A stretch of DNA of 42,841 nucleotides from Perkinsus chesapeaki ATCC PRA-425 (taxonomy: Eukaryota; Protista; Perkinsozoa), in contig JAAPAO010000286.1 in assembly GCA_013115145.1 (NCBI GenBank), positions 1 through 42,841 on the forward strand, read 5' to 3'. A program made the translations under genes and the position numbers. The notes below the pieces were generated by a model. The model made no database searches. It had not been told where the DNA came from and worked only from the letters and a program-made list of their open reading frames with translations. Below are positions 11,589 to 24,182 of this stretch, piece after piece; the stretch's first letter is position 1; every line of letters begins with the position of its first letter.

Positions 11589-13215
11589 TCAGACAAAATA
11601 GGTTTCCGTGAAGTATCTAATCAAGCAAATGAATGCTCGGTGAGAGTCACAGTTAGGAGGACAAAATGCTACCCTTCACGGGGCTTCCCGGTTGAGTTTC
11701 TCCACCCTGTGAAAACTAGAGGATAGTTGTATATCAACGCCGGAGCTTCCTCGGATACAGTAGAGCAGCTGACATAGGGACCGTTAGGTTCCCGCAAACT
11801 GTAATGATGAACTTACCCGTCGCGTGGGATGTGTGTACGGACACCATCGAGGAAAAAGTCACCGAAGAAACGATTCGCCGCAACGGAGATTCTTGAATGG
11901 TCTATAGAGAGCTTCGAGTTCCATTCGAATGAGGGCTTCTCAGGGTGAAACTGAACCGAGAAGTTGCCCCTTGTCGAAATCATCGTAGTCTACTTGAACA
12001 GCCCAAACGCCATCAAGGGCATTCCGACCCTCCACAACAGCAACAAAGTCTCTCTCAGAACCGAAGCTACGTGATGTTGCCAGAACGCGGAGGTCAACCA
12101 TAGCTTCAGGATACCTGAGAACAGTCGTAGAGTGAGTAAAGTGAGTAGAAAGAGGATACATGTGAAGTTGGTCTAGCCACACGCCCCAGTCGTGGTGATT
12201 GTAGGTCATATTTCTGGCCTCAGTGGCCTTCTTAACCTAACAACTGACTCAATACGAAATGGCTTAATATGCACCACCTCTGAAAAATAATGATCGCTCT
12301 CCATTACAGAGTCTTCATGTTTCGTCCACCGAAGTGTCAACGATACCTGCAAGAGATGAGGGAGCGTTCGTAAGTGTAATAGGGTATACATCGTCCGCTC
12401 CTGGTGTCTGCTCCAGAATAGAGTCGTTCTTAGCAGCTGAAGCATCAACTTACAAAACGTTAAGTAAACGATCTCCTACCAACTTGCATTATTCGCTCGA
12501 ATCCTAGGCATGTCCCGAAGACCGGTAATCCCTGCAGTTCCGCAGTCTGGCGGGCTTCTATGATCCATTTTGTGAGATTATCCCAAAGCAGCCCTTGGCC
12601 TCCACCGCCAGTAAAGAGGACTCCTAAAGATGCCAACCTGCAATGGTGAGCATCATACCTGAACCACACCTGAAACCATTCCGAGCAATGTGGACACTTC
12701 ATCCCGGCTTCCATAATGAGGAATTGGCACGACCTGACAAAGAAAAAGTAATCGATGTTTCGACGACCATCCAGCGAGGCGAGTTGAGGTGGTATCGATC
12801 TCACCTGGGCTCCAGCAGCCTCCAGCCATTTGACATAGCTTGCCGCGATATACCCTCCACCTCCAGCCGGGCACAACTTGCCACATGGCAGAGTGAGAAC
12901 CCCAACAAGGGGACGTCTGAAGGACAAAGGCTGGAACGGAGCCTGGGGGGAACCGCCGGAGCGAGAACCGAGCTAGATAACACTTACTGGCATGCAGCTG
13001 ATTCCGCGGCAGTTCCTGCCTGGAACCTCGACAACAGAGAGGAAATCGGAATATCTGAACCACAAGAGCGGGGACATGAGAACTGGGGCAGCACCTCAGA
13101 GTTAAGTAGCAGCAACGAGTCCATTAGCCTGCGCGGGCGGCTTACCGTTCTCCGCAGCCGGCCCTCGACACAGGATATACAGCAGCAAGCATACCGCAAG
13201 CCCTGATATCATCAT
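11589..13215 (-). CDS. GGH: Gamma-glutamyl hydrolase (peptidase C26, class I GATase-like), signal peptide, multi-exon
   Basis: Signal peptide MMISGLAVCLLLYILCRGPAA. Motifs RPLVGVLT, YIAASYVKWLEAAGAQV, GVLFTGGG, nucleophile VFGTCLGFE, NHHDWGV, AVQ|FHPEKPSFEW; C-terminus YFTETYFV*. Confidence 0.92.
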
Positions 13216-13383
13216 AACTATTGGCCTTTTAGAAGAACACGACTGAGGTAAGAAACGCCACCCTCGAAACTGAAACCATAAGACACCGATTTCAGGCCGT
13301 CACGAGTCGGCGGTCATGTCTCCTTCTGACAGTCTACATAAAGGGGCCATCTCCGGCAAAGGATTCGACAATGAATGTGGCAA

Positions 13384-13674
13384 TTAACCGTGGGAAGAAG
13401 ATACCGTGGGAAAACTGGGATTACACTGGGATCTTTTGCGTAGCTTGAAAAGAGCGTGAAGAAGAGATGGTGAGAGGTCGAGAGCCGTGGAGCAGAATTG
13501 TGTGCAGAGAAGCGGCCCCGAGTTGTATTTTGCCGTCACGTTGAGTCGTTGAGGCACGTTTGATGTGTACATCTGCTCTTGTGGAGGCACACCAGTTGCA
13601 GGTGTATGACCAGTCGAATCCCAGTTGTTCGATGGTGATGACTGGACAACTTCCTGGGAGGAAAGCAGAGCCAT
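13384..13674 (-). CDS. Possible small hypothetical protein (low-complexity Ser/Pro/Thr-rich start)
   Basis: 96-codon ORF on the same strand as its neighbours, with a possible GT-AG intron. No recognisable domain. Confidence 0.2.
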   Translation of the reverse strand: MALLSSQEVVQSSPSNNWDSTGHTPATGVPPQEQMYTSNVPQRLNVTAKYNSGPLLCTQFCSTALDLSPSLLHALFKLRKRSQCNPSFPTVSSSHG

Positions 13675-13906
13675 TATGGCTCTGCTACAGTTACTCAGTC
13701 TGCCGCCGACACGACTAGCAGCTCGATGAAATGAAATGTGACAGGCTTACGTGGCTACCTTAGGCGAGTGTGTTCCAGCATCCAGAAGATGCGGCAGCAA
13801 CATACGGTTATCAGCCATAACCAGATAAAACACGTAACAACCCAGGAGAGACAACTGGGGACAGCACTAGCACACAAAAGCACTTGCTCTTGAAGAGAAA
13901 GATTAT

Positions 13907-14768
13907 TTATTGAATTAATCGATCAAGGTCCAAGCTGAAGCCGCAGACGGTAACGATGCGAATAGCGTACCTGACCGCCATGTATGCGCAATCGCATGGA
14001 AGGGACTTCCTACAAGAGACAATCTGACACCTCCTCCGCAACTGGATCGTTATTGTTACTCGTACTGTTCACCGGCTCCACCAACAACTCACAGAGTTCC
14101 CCTACTTCACCGCACAGCGCCAGAGTCAGATTACTGTGAGGTCGGAATTTCAGCGCGCAGGACTGGCGAACTCACCGTGGCGTGTGATACTGAAGCCAGT
14201 CCCGTGCTTTGGCAAAGTTGCTCATCTCCTCGGCCATCTGACCAAGCGTTTCCACCGCATGAACCTCCAGAGCTCCTCCTGCTTGGCGAGCATGGCTGTA
14301 GGATTTGTACTCGTCGTACTTGGCCGAGGAACCACGTACGATATCTAATTATCAGAGTACTCCCGCCAAGCGATGCAAAAAGTAACACCAGCAGGGTATT
14401 TGCGCTTGTTCTTGGCCATCTTCAGGCCAGCAGCCTCGGAGACATCCACGCCCACACAGTTTGCTGTTATTAGTAGAAGTCGAAGAAGATCATGCAGACG
14501 ATCATGGAGCTTCTCAGCTTCACCTGCCAACATGTGACTACACAGGCCTCCCACCACAGAGCTCACCTTCACTCAAGTCGACGCCGCTGCGACCAGTATC
14601 TCCTTTCCACTGGAGCGTCTCAGCCACCAACCCTGCAGCTCGCGCCACTCTGAGCCCGCAGACCGCAGGAGATGAAGCCGCCTTTCCTAGTCTCTTCTGT
14701 ATCTCTTTAAGAGGCATGCTAGTGGCATCATTATCTCTGGCCGCGAAGGATTGATCTATTTCGACCAT
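13907..14768 (-). CDS. DCTPP1: dCTP pyrophosphatase 1 (MazG-like all-alpha NTP-PPase) with two tandem modules, 5 exons
   Basis: Module 1: AETLQWKGD..DLLRLL..GVDVSEAAGLKMAKNKRKYPA|DIVRGSSAKYDEYK. Module 2: FAKARDWLQYHTPR|NLTLALCGEVGELCEL..EEVSDCLL|YAIRIV..LIQ*. Four short GT-AG introns with consistent phases. Confidence 0.88.
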
Positions 14769-14875
14769 TAAACTCCAGAAGCCGTGTTGCACACAGCAGT
14801 ACCTTCCGGGTTTTCTAACAAGTGCACTCGCAACACAAAGCCACTGTCCCGCAGAGTCAACTTTAATATACATTA

Positions 14876-16195
14876 TCATGTCGAACCAGCACTGTCGATA
14901 ACATACTCTGGCTTAACATCACCTAAGCATCAATGTTATGTTTGCCATCGAATTGAGTGTTACTCTCAGCTAGCTCGGCTTTCGAGCAACAGCCGGACAA
15001 GGCCAGACAGGAGGCCACCCCGGCGCGCTTGGCCATGAGGATGTCTGTGTCGAGTCTGTCCCCAATGACTATACTTCGTGATGCATCAAACCCTTCTTGG
15101 TCAATAACAAACCTTAACTGAAAGACGGTAGACTAATGAGTACACTACATTCGCCAGACGACTCACAAAATCTGGGTTTGGCTTCCCCAGCACTTCAGCC
15201 TCTTCCCGTCCGTTCATCCTCGCCACGGCATTCAAAGATGCCAGTATAGTGCCCTGCAATAGAACGCCTCAGACTGCAAAGCGCAAGGACCACTTTTCGG
15301 GTTAAGCTGCCGAGATTAGCGATTACAGTTGCCGGGATCCTCCATGGCCCTATCTGGTCAAACATGTCATCGTTGGTGGCATAAAAGAAGAAATTATCAT
15401 TCTGAGCCAACTCGAACGCCAAAGATACCCTGACACATCCCAGAAAAATGATGCCCGACGATGCAAGCTCATACCGGCAGAGCTTATTAAACGAGAAAGC
15501 TAGGTCCCAACCTAGCACGATACCATCAATCTTCGGGCTTGAAGATTCCGTCATCTCATCCGCCATAACCCGGAATTTCTCCTCCGTCATCGTAGTGTCG
15601 CCACCTGAGCATGAATGATCAGACGCCGCAGCAAGCCCGTTTGAGTGCATTTGATGGACCTCAGCGTCCATACCGTGGATGCTGCTTTGACGTACAGTCT
15701 CGACTCTGCCCTTCAGTTACGCAAGTGATCCCCAACTCGCTGAGCTCGTCCACAATGCCTCGGCCACCGATGACGTAGCTGAGCAAGAGCCAGCAGCAGC
15801 TTGCACACCATTGATGCTGGATGGAATATGATTACATACGCCGAGCATCGGGGTGCCTTTCTTTGACAACTCGCGCTGCATAATAACAAGATGGATGCAT
15901 CATCTCCTTAGAGGTCAGCTCGCTCAGCCCGAGGTCGGCGAACTTAGACCACATGTCGGAGCGAGATCTCGAGCTTGTATTGGTTACGAAGGTATACTAA
16001 CGAGTGTTACAATCCTTCTCTTCATCACACCGAGGTTACCTTCTTGCCCTTATTTCTCAACAACTCCAATGTGGTCTTTACGCCACTTATTAACTGACCT
16101 CCTTGCCAAATCACACCATCACAATCGAAGATGAAATTATCGTATTCATCAATAAGGTCACCTATTGATGACGATAGCTCCCGTTGCTGCATCAT
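14876..16195 (-). CDS. HAD-superfamily class IIA phosphatase (PGP/pyridoxal phosphatase/4-nitrophenylphosphatase-like), multi-exon
   Basis: Motif I FIFDCDGVIW, motif II FVTNTS, cap region GIVLGWD..FSFNKL and FYATNDD, motif III GKPNP, motif IV VIGDRLDTDILMAKRAG, C-terminal VKPEYVIDS. Confidence 0.92.
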
Positions 16196-17041
16196 TCATA
16201 AATACAACTTCTATTATCATACACATTTTGATCAGCGTCGAAGATTCCGTCGATCAACTAAGAAATCAGTCTACCTTCCTCAGCTGAGCCCTGCTGAAAC
16301 TACTCCTAAACTGATGATGGACAATGCACAAATCGCCCCGAAGTCACTTGAAATTATCTTTCCTCGCCAACTCAGTACGTTTTATAGAATCAGGCTGTGT
16401 AGAATAAGCGCATTAATGTACCTCAGCACCGATGATCCGACTTATTATTTAATTCGGGTTCGATATTACGGAATTTACTATTCAATCAAATTAAGGAGGG
16501 CCCATGTGTGAGGCCGCCGATGTAGTAAGACCTCAGGCGAACTAACAGTGTAGCACAAAGAAAGCTCCGAGCTGCTGAAATACACCAGCAAACTGTTGCA
16601 TGTCTGCATCAGACTCGAAATTCGCAAGGTGTTTTGAAATAATGCTTAGACGGGAAACCGAGGAAAGCCTTGAAAGAGGTGAACGGGCTGTTCAGAACAG
16701 CTTGTACGATATAACACCACGGAACTCACTCCCTCGGCAGGAGTAGTCGGAAGAGCATGGCCGTGGCTGGCCATGCCCTAACACCATCCCTGGTGTCATC
16801 ATATGCCATTACTGCACTATAGCCCCTTCTGCGCGAACCTTCATATTCATCCCCCTAGCGGTTTGTCTACGTTCGACCCGGAAACTGCCCACGTCGAGAC
16901 CACCTCCGACGGGGCTGCTGCTGTTCAACAGTCACGCGCCGTGAAATGAGCGTATCTTGCTCTCTAACCTTTTTCGATGTCCCCTGTCTCCCGTAGTGGT
17001 TGTTGTCACATATTCCACCACCTTGAGATATAAACGATAAC

Positions 17042-17644
17042 ATGCGTTGGTTATCTTGTACTGTTATGCCACTGCTGGCCTCTGGAGCCGCGGGGGGTTT
17101 CCGTCAACCTTTAGTGCAACCATTAAGCTCGTCGTCACAGTCTAGGCCGCCGAGAAGGCCTATTCGTGGGCCCAATCCAAACGGTATGTACGTCGGTGGC
17201 TTCGATGATTACTGGATGAGATTCATTCCCGGAGCTGCTCATCGTGTAGAATATGAAGTTAAATCGGGTAAAGGGAAATCCCCCAGAGTCGGAGAGCACG
17301 CCACAAAAGGGTACGAAGTCAGTGAGAGACCAAGCCTCAAGTACAAGGGAGAAGACTATCACAAAATCTTAATGACGTTTGACAACACAGACTATGACGA
17401 TGAACGCTCCTCAGACCACCAGTCGCATAAAGTCGTATTCAAAGGGGATAAAGACGAAAAAGCAAACCTTTATTTTGATAAACGTTCTGGATACGAATTT
17501 TACGTCTCTGCCGACAGCAAGAAAGTCCTGTGCAAGGAAGCGAAGCTGCCGTCTGTCGAGGTGACTGTAGAAGGCCAGAAGAAGATGAGTTACACTGATA
17601 AAGGGGATACTGGGTATGTGCTTCTTAAGCAATCCAGTAAATAG
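17042..17644 (+). CDS. Intronless 200-aa hypothetical protein, predicted secreted and beta-rich
   Basis: Uninterrupted ATG-TAA ORF with a hydrophobic N-terminus, a Pro/Arg linker, then Tyr/Lys/Glu-rich alternating strands. No family recognised. Confidence 0.62.
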   Translation: MRWLSCTVMPLLASGAAGGFRQPLVQPLSSSSQSRPPRRPIRGPNPNGMYVGGFDDYWMRFIPGAAHRVEYEVKSGKGKSPRVGEHATKGYEVSERPSLKYKGEDYHKILMTFDNTDYDDERSSDHQSHKVVFKGDKDEKANLYFDKRSGYEFYVSADSKKVLCKEAKLPSVEVTVEGQKKMSYTDKGDTGYVLLKQSSK

Positions 17645-18032
17645 ATATAGTACGATAGGAATGTACATGACGACGATAGTGTTTGTGTGATGATGTTCAT
17701 GTTGATGTTCATAATCAACTCCACCGCCGCTCTGAGTTGTAGAGTAGGAACGCTAATATTGTAATAATTGAATAACCTTGTTGGCCCAACAATAGCCCAA
17801 CAATGTTGGGCTATATGGATGGCTGATCGCCCCAACGATAATGATGAAGAGTAAAGACCCTTCATGGAGCTCCACTCAGCAAAAGTCTTGAGAAACTCTA
17901 TACCTCAACTGAGGAAGCTAGAAAGAAGATATGCCCCCACTGTTGAACACAAAGCAGTAGAAGACAAGCGAATGAACCATTGCAATAGCCATGGTAAAAC
18001 ATGATGTACTGTACTTTCGATGAACAGCTCAG

Positions 18033-21000
18033 TCACTTCCGACTGTTCACTTGTCGATGAATCTGATGTGACAGTCAGAGCGCGCATGTCCGGGATGCCT
18101 GCTACGTGGCAGAGGAGATCGACGTAGCTCATCTCGCCGCCGATCCTATCTTCACTGAGCGTGCCTAGTAGGCGAGCTTCCTCTTGTGTGTTCGGGAGAA
18201 CCACTTGAAGGGGTTGGAACCTATCCGTTGCAGTTAACGGCAGACCCAACGGACCCGTACGGGTGGGATCCTTTGTCTTTCCTTATTTGCTGAACAATGC
18301 ACCAAACTCGGCAAGCGAGGTCGCTGGTCTGCGGTGAAACAGCCTGGCAGTGGAAACCGATGCTTTCTGTGGTCGCTGTGGGTTTACCGGTATTCTGGTT
18401 CCTTCCAGCTGGCTGATGCCAAGAAGGTCATTGAGGAGGTCTTCACGAATCTCTCGACCAATGTACAATCGCAATGTCTGCGCGTCATCGATCAGATACA
18501 CTCCGGCCGGAGATATCTGAACAACTGCTTAGCAGTGACTTATCACCGAGATATCTCACTTCTTCAGCCGACGCTGCCACTGTTTCCGGTAAATAGACAT
18601 TATCTTCCACACCTGTTGGAGTTCCACATTGACACTGAAATGAAACAACAACATCCCTGCCGCCGCTTGCATCCTTGCCGTTTATACGGGCATATCATGG
18701 ATGGCATATATCCTCGGATAGACCCTGAATGTCGACTGATACACACTGTAGCCGAGAAGACTCATCAGACACTCATAGCGCTCATCGACTGATACGTCCG
18801 CCGCAGGTCGAAAGGCTGGCAACTGAAGGCGGGTATCCTGGGAGTAGTAGGTGTCGCAAGACCGGTTCACCACCTTCAGCAGGCCACCAATGTAGAGTGG
18901 CATCAACTTCAATGTCTCCGGCAGCAATAGCTGTGTACCTTCGGTAAAACAGTATATAAAACGGTAATCAGCAACTCCGAATCCCATGGCACAAGATTAA
19001 CAAGATGGCAGTATTATTATTATCAAAATATATCCCATCAAAATGATTAATAAGATATATCATTATCTATCTTATGTGTTAATAAGATAATGATAATATA
19101 GATATTGGAATTATAATAATTGGTCTCATCCTTCACTAGAGACTCACATACTCAACGTGTGATAACAAGTGTTCTATACTACCGAGTCCGCAAAGACGGT
19201 GAAGTCGCCGGAATTAGCAGTACAAGAAGATTACTGCCAGGAGAGAATAAAACTATAGACTTAGTGAAGTAGTGGAGATGCTTTCATAGGCATACTTGTG
19301 TGGGTTGGTGAAGTAGACGAGGAGCAGTTGATCCGGTAACCGTGCAGAACTGTGGTACACTGGCCAATGAGCTTGTCCTGACATAAACGACACCAACTGG
19401 CACTCCTTGCCGCTCCTTGCAGCGGATCCCTCCTTGATATGTTAGCAAGATACCTCACCTTAGGTGGTTCCCCTGTCGCCAGCATTTCCTCGGCAGCATG
19501 TCTCGCTAAGAGATTAGTAAGAGACTCAACATCAGGCGAGCGGAAGGCTCCAGAAAGGCTTGTAGTTACCGGCAATCGAAGAGTATGAACTCGCAGTAGC
19601 CTGGAGAGTAAATACCAGCAGAGTCATGGGGATGAGACACAGAGGCAGATGCTCTTGAGCATCGTATTCAGTTCTGTCAAACTGCAGCGTAACCTCACCT
19701 GATTCCCTCTGAATTGTGGTGAAGTATCGCCAATTGAAAGTACGCGTATCGAGCTTGTAGTGCCTCCTCCAGATAAAGGGAAAACCTAAGCCCCTATAGC
19801 AGCAGCCGAAGATAACACGTACCCAAAGACCGCATCACAGTCAATCCTCGGAAGTAGGAATCCTCCTCGAGGATCAGCAAGAGCGGGATGCAGCCGAGCT
19901 GTCTGCGACCATCTGCTCAAACATCGATCGATAGCCAGCCCTCGAGATACACCTGAAAAGCTCCTCTGAAATCCTGGCTACGCTTAGGGAATCGGTCTGC
20001 CTCAGACGACCACTATAAGCCGAAACGCTGAGTACAGGAACGACCGTTTCAGTGATTTGTATAACAACTTGGAACACCCTGTAATCCACACGCCTTACGT
20101 GCTTGCACAACACAACCATATGCCGCAGCTTTAGTAACAGCTCGGGCGATGTCAAAGTGAAGGGCCTCTCCATCCTGATGATGAGGCAGCCCCCTATAGA
20201 TGACCCTCCTGTCAAGAATAACTTACCCTCTCAACATCGAACGATCGATAAATGTGAGTGTTGCCTCCAGTATTCACCGTGAGATAGCAGAGAGTAGGCA
20301 AGTGGGAGGAGGCAGCACCAGCTACACTTACGTTGCCAACCGCCTCGTTGACCTCCGCCGCCGATGGCGCCCCGAGGAAGGTGTCAACGCTGACCTGAGT
20401 CGCTCAGTGGGGAGCCATCCCAGCATCACGGCACCTACGGCCTTCGAGATACACTTGGTCAGAATTGGTGACCAGAGCTCGGGATTCCTAGTTTGCAGCA
20501 GGGCCCTTCTCGACGCAGGAGTTTGCTCATTGGCATTCGGTATACCTGCCACAGTGAATGCAGCGGCGGTGGCCGGCTGGCGGCATGGCAAGCGACCTTT
20601 CGGATGGATCAAATGACCGCTGCCGATGTCTGGATAGGCACCTGAGCCACACACTCGTAGGTGAATGAGGAAATACGGTGCCGACTTACCATAAAACACC
20701 AGGACCGTGCCGCCGCCGTGCTTGGCCAACCCATCTACTGCCACTTGGAGGGCTGCAGCCCCGCAAGAGGAAGATGGTCCTAGTCGAGCAACCTCTAGAG
20801 AGAGCGCGGGAGCAGTCGTCACTTTTGGTAGATTCGACGTCGTGCAAGAGATGGTCCAACAAGTGAAGTAGCCCTTCTTCATTCTCATGAGGATTAACGA
20901 AAAGGGCATCGGACTGCGAAGGTCGAGTTCGGTTTCCTCCGATATGTTGTCAGCTCACATGGAGGGGCAAGAAGGGCTCTTCGATATCAGCCACCACAAA

Positions 21001-23724
21001 CTCCTCCGCTGTCGACATCCCGAGCCGATAGAAATGAATAACGTCATCGAAAAGGACCTGCCCTACCGTACTATTGGTCAGAGTAAAAGGTGAACTCACC
21101 AAACAGATCTCTGCCATGGTCGGCAGGTAGGGCAGTAAGCGGCGAATGCTAGCCATAACTTGGTGGAACATTCCGGAGACAACCTGGAAGAAGGATTTGT
21201 AGTTCCAGGGAAGCTCAAGAAGACAGCAGCAGCAGCAACCAGTACACTATGGTAGCTACAGTCGATAACAAAACATAAGCCTGGCGGACGCTCAGTCGAT
21301 GAGCCATCAGGACCTGAGTTTGGGGAGTATTCTGGGGAAGAATAGTGCAGACATACGCAAGTAGTCCGACGGAGCAACATAGTCCACACTGCCATATTGA
21401 AGCTCGGCTCTATCTCTTATACCAGCAACTGGACATTGATGTATCTGGACAAGGCCACAGATGGCTCTCAATGGCTGTATGGATAGAGGCAATAATGCGG
21501 CTGCAGCGGTAACTGCTATAGGCAACAACCACGCTATTCACTCGAGCAGGACGGTTTGCTGGAAGTTTTAACAGATCGTCCCTCCTCCTTACAACGACAG
21601 GGAAGATAGAAAGCAACACTTAACTAACTTTCTAAACTACTTCTCTTTGGATTGAAAAGAACTTGAGGATTTCGATTTATCAATCGGGTGTAAGTAAACC
21701 GCATGGAGTCAGAATGCACAGCTTGCCTGAGGGACTTCCATGACATAGCTGCAAAAGTTGCAAACACACTCCTCACCCTCACCGATCCATTGGAATGCAG
21801 GGTTAGCATAGGCTCTACCTGATCACAGCCACTACACTGTATTAGACGAGGAACAACAAAGAAGTATCTCGACATATGGCTGGATTGATACCGTCCTCGG
21901 TATCATACCGTATTTCCCTAAAAAGTGCTTGGAGGAACACCCATCTCGAAGGGCTTTGCTGTTTTTCCAGTGGTAAAAGGAGTTATATCAGTTATATTAT
22001 AACTCAGTCTCATAACAAGACTACAACCAGTACAGATCCGCCCTCGCTGATCGCTAAGGTTCAAGTCTCGACACGGAGAAGTATTCGGGACAGATTTAAA
22101 GCTCACATCGTGGGCAGCGCATTGGCCCTGACTCTGCGTAGTTGATTAGGGGTATGTCCTTCTCATCATTAGACAATTCAGCAAAGGGCTGTGCTATAAT
22201 ACCAATAGCAACGCCTGAGCTATGTACAGTAGACTGGAGTGCTGGTATCTGCTGGGCACCCAGGTAGGTGATGAAGGCCACCACAAGCGGGCAGTACGGT
22301 ATAGGTTGTTGATCGCAGGAAACGTGAAGACGCATTGCCCTTGTCGATAGCGGTGTAGACGCTGCACGCCGACGGCGGCAGCTGACAGAGACACGTTCTT
22401 GGCGATGACTGAGATGACCGACAACCGACTCCGGTCCTGTCAGTCTCGAAGCGGCGACCACCATGACGTTTGATAGGCTCTGATGGCCCCGTCGGTCGAG
22501 GGACCGAAGCTGCGTCAATCTTAGGGCCGCCGCCGCCGGGCCCAGCTCTGCTGTCTCCGACGGACATGCCTGAGCAAGCCGCCACCCTGTCCTCGGTGAG
22601 AAAAGCTTGTCCTACTAAACGGGACATGGTGATACTGCCGATTGCTGCGTGCCCTTGAAGGACTGCTTCCGGATGCTGATCGAGCATAGTTGTTCGGAGA
22701 TGAGTCGTAGGAGAGTGCAGCATCGCTGGCATCTACACAAAGAATAGTCCATACAAGCTCAGCCGTGGATGCATGTGGTCGACTACATTAAAAATATACA
22801 ATATCTACATTCTATACAGAGGAATAGTTTCGAGAAAAACCTGCAGAAGTTGCTGTTTACGTCGTTCGGTACCACAGAGTGAATTCGAGGGGTTAGCTTA
22901 GCCAAGTTGGGCGAGGAAGCCAATCATTAGTGCTAGTACACAGGTGGGGTAATGACAAACTGCTATATTTAAGACATACCACTGATGCTTCTGAGGCGAG
23001 GAGGAGGCAGACCAATAGGGGCTACCCTTGAGGAGGAGGAGTAGAAGGAAGACATCGGCACCTTACAAACTCGAGCTCGCAGTGGCAAGTCTTCAGCCAA
23101 CAGCATAGACTCACCGATAGCTCAGCAACATCGCCAGAAGCATGATAGTCTGAGCACTTCGGAACAGACACCGGGGCATTCACCGGTGGTGGAGGAGGAA
23201 GCCTGCCTCGATCTCTACCGTATGGCTGAGCAGCAGCAGCATCACGAGAATAGACATCAACACATGATCTAGCCTCACGGAAATGTGCTCCTATCAACGA
23301 CTGAAAGTGTTCCTAATGCTATAAAATGTCATGTTCCCGGACCGAAAGGCGGCTGATGCTGCGGTCCGCCCGGCACCGACTCCCTCCTAAGAGGCCTCAC
23401 CACTAAGAGCGGCCTGCTGCTGACATAAGGGATGTTATGGTTCACCGCGGTTGCCTCGACATGTTCGTGTGGGGGTGCTTGGGCCGGGGCGTATTCTGGT
23501 ACTCGAGACAGATGAATCGGCGACGGACACTTCTCAGGGCTAACACCTGCCCTCGAGGCATCGCTATAAGCAGCAGCAGCCTCAGAGGCAACCCCACCTC
23601 GATAGGCGCTACTGCTACGCCTGCTGCCATCGGGGGGACCTCGAGGGGAATGCAACGTCCCATAGTAACTCGTAACCGGACCGGAATGCTGGATAGGGTA
23701 CTCATTGCTCGTGCTGTGATGCAT
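18033..23724 (-). CDS. SEC24: COPII coat subunit Sec24 (C/D-like), many exons; 5' Pro/Ala-rich exons tentative
   Basis: PKIDAASVPRP, zinc finger GPMRCPR|CRAYANPAFQW..CVCNFC, GSVDYVAP, trunk LCFVIDCS, GGTVLVF, GFDAV, RVHTLRLPV, LPETLKLMPLYI, YPRIYAIHD, SYVDLLCH|IHRQVNSRK*. Confidence 0.92.
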
Positions 23725-24182
23725 GGATAGTTTATGAGGCCTTATGCCATACCAAGGCCAATCTGCAGCTGCTGCTGACACCACTAGCGGCAAGGATCGG
23801 CTTATCCACAGTGGAAGCTCGTCAAACCTTCCACTGTGAGCAGCTACGAAGTGTGCCCCTGAGGAAGGCGACAGTGCGGAAGACGGAGCTTCCGGTGCTA
23901 ATAAGAGTGGGACAAATCGGATTGTGTCGTTCTGTCTCCAAGGTCGGTTATAAATTAACACTGTTACTCTGATCCTTTGATTGATAAGAAAACTAGCATA
24001 GGAATGGTGACAGCACTTGGTTATGATGGGCAGCGATACTCCAACCACCGGCAGGCGAGTACAACAAGGAGAAGGACAGAGAACGATCGACAGAAATAAA
24101 CGGAAGGAGGCAAGAGTGACTTCGTCGGTGGTCTCGAATACATTGTGACACCCCCTTCTGCATCGCTTCTACCATCACTAAA

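Noticed and set aside
12643-13206. 187-aa plus-strand ORF
   Set aside because: Entirely antisense to GGH exons that carry clear family motifs.
16642-16949. Possible small spliced plus-strand gene (MLRRETEESLERGE..)
   Set aside because: No consistent exon chain or recognisable protein could be built.
19005-19125. AT-rich patch with repeated TAATAAGATA
   Set aside because: Low-complexity Sec24 intron sequence without a regular period.
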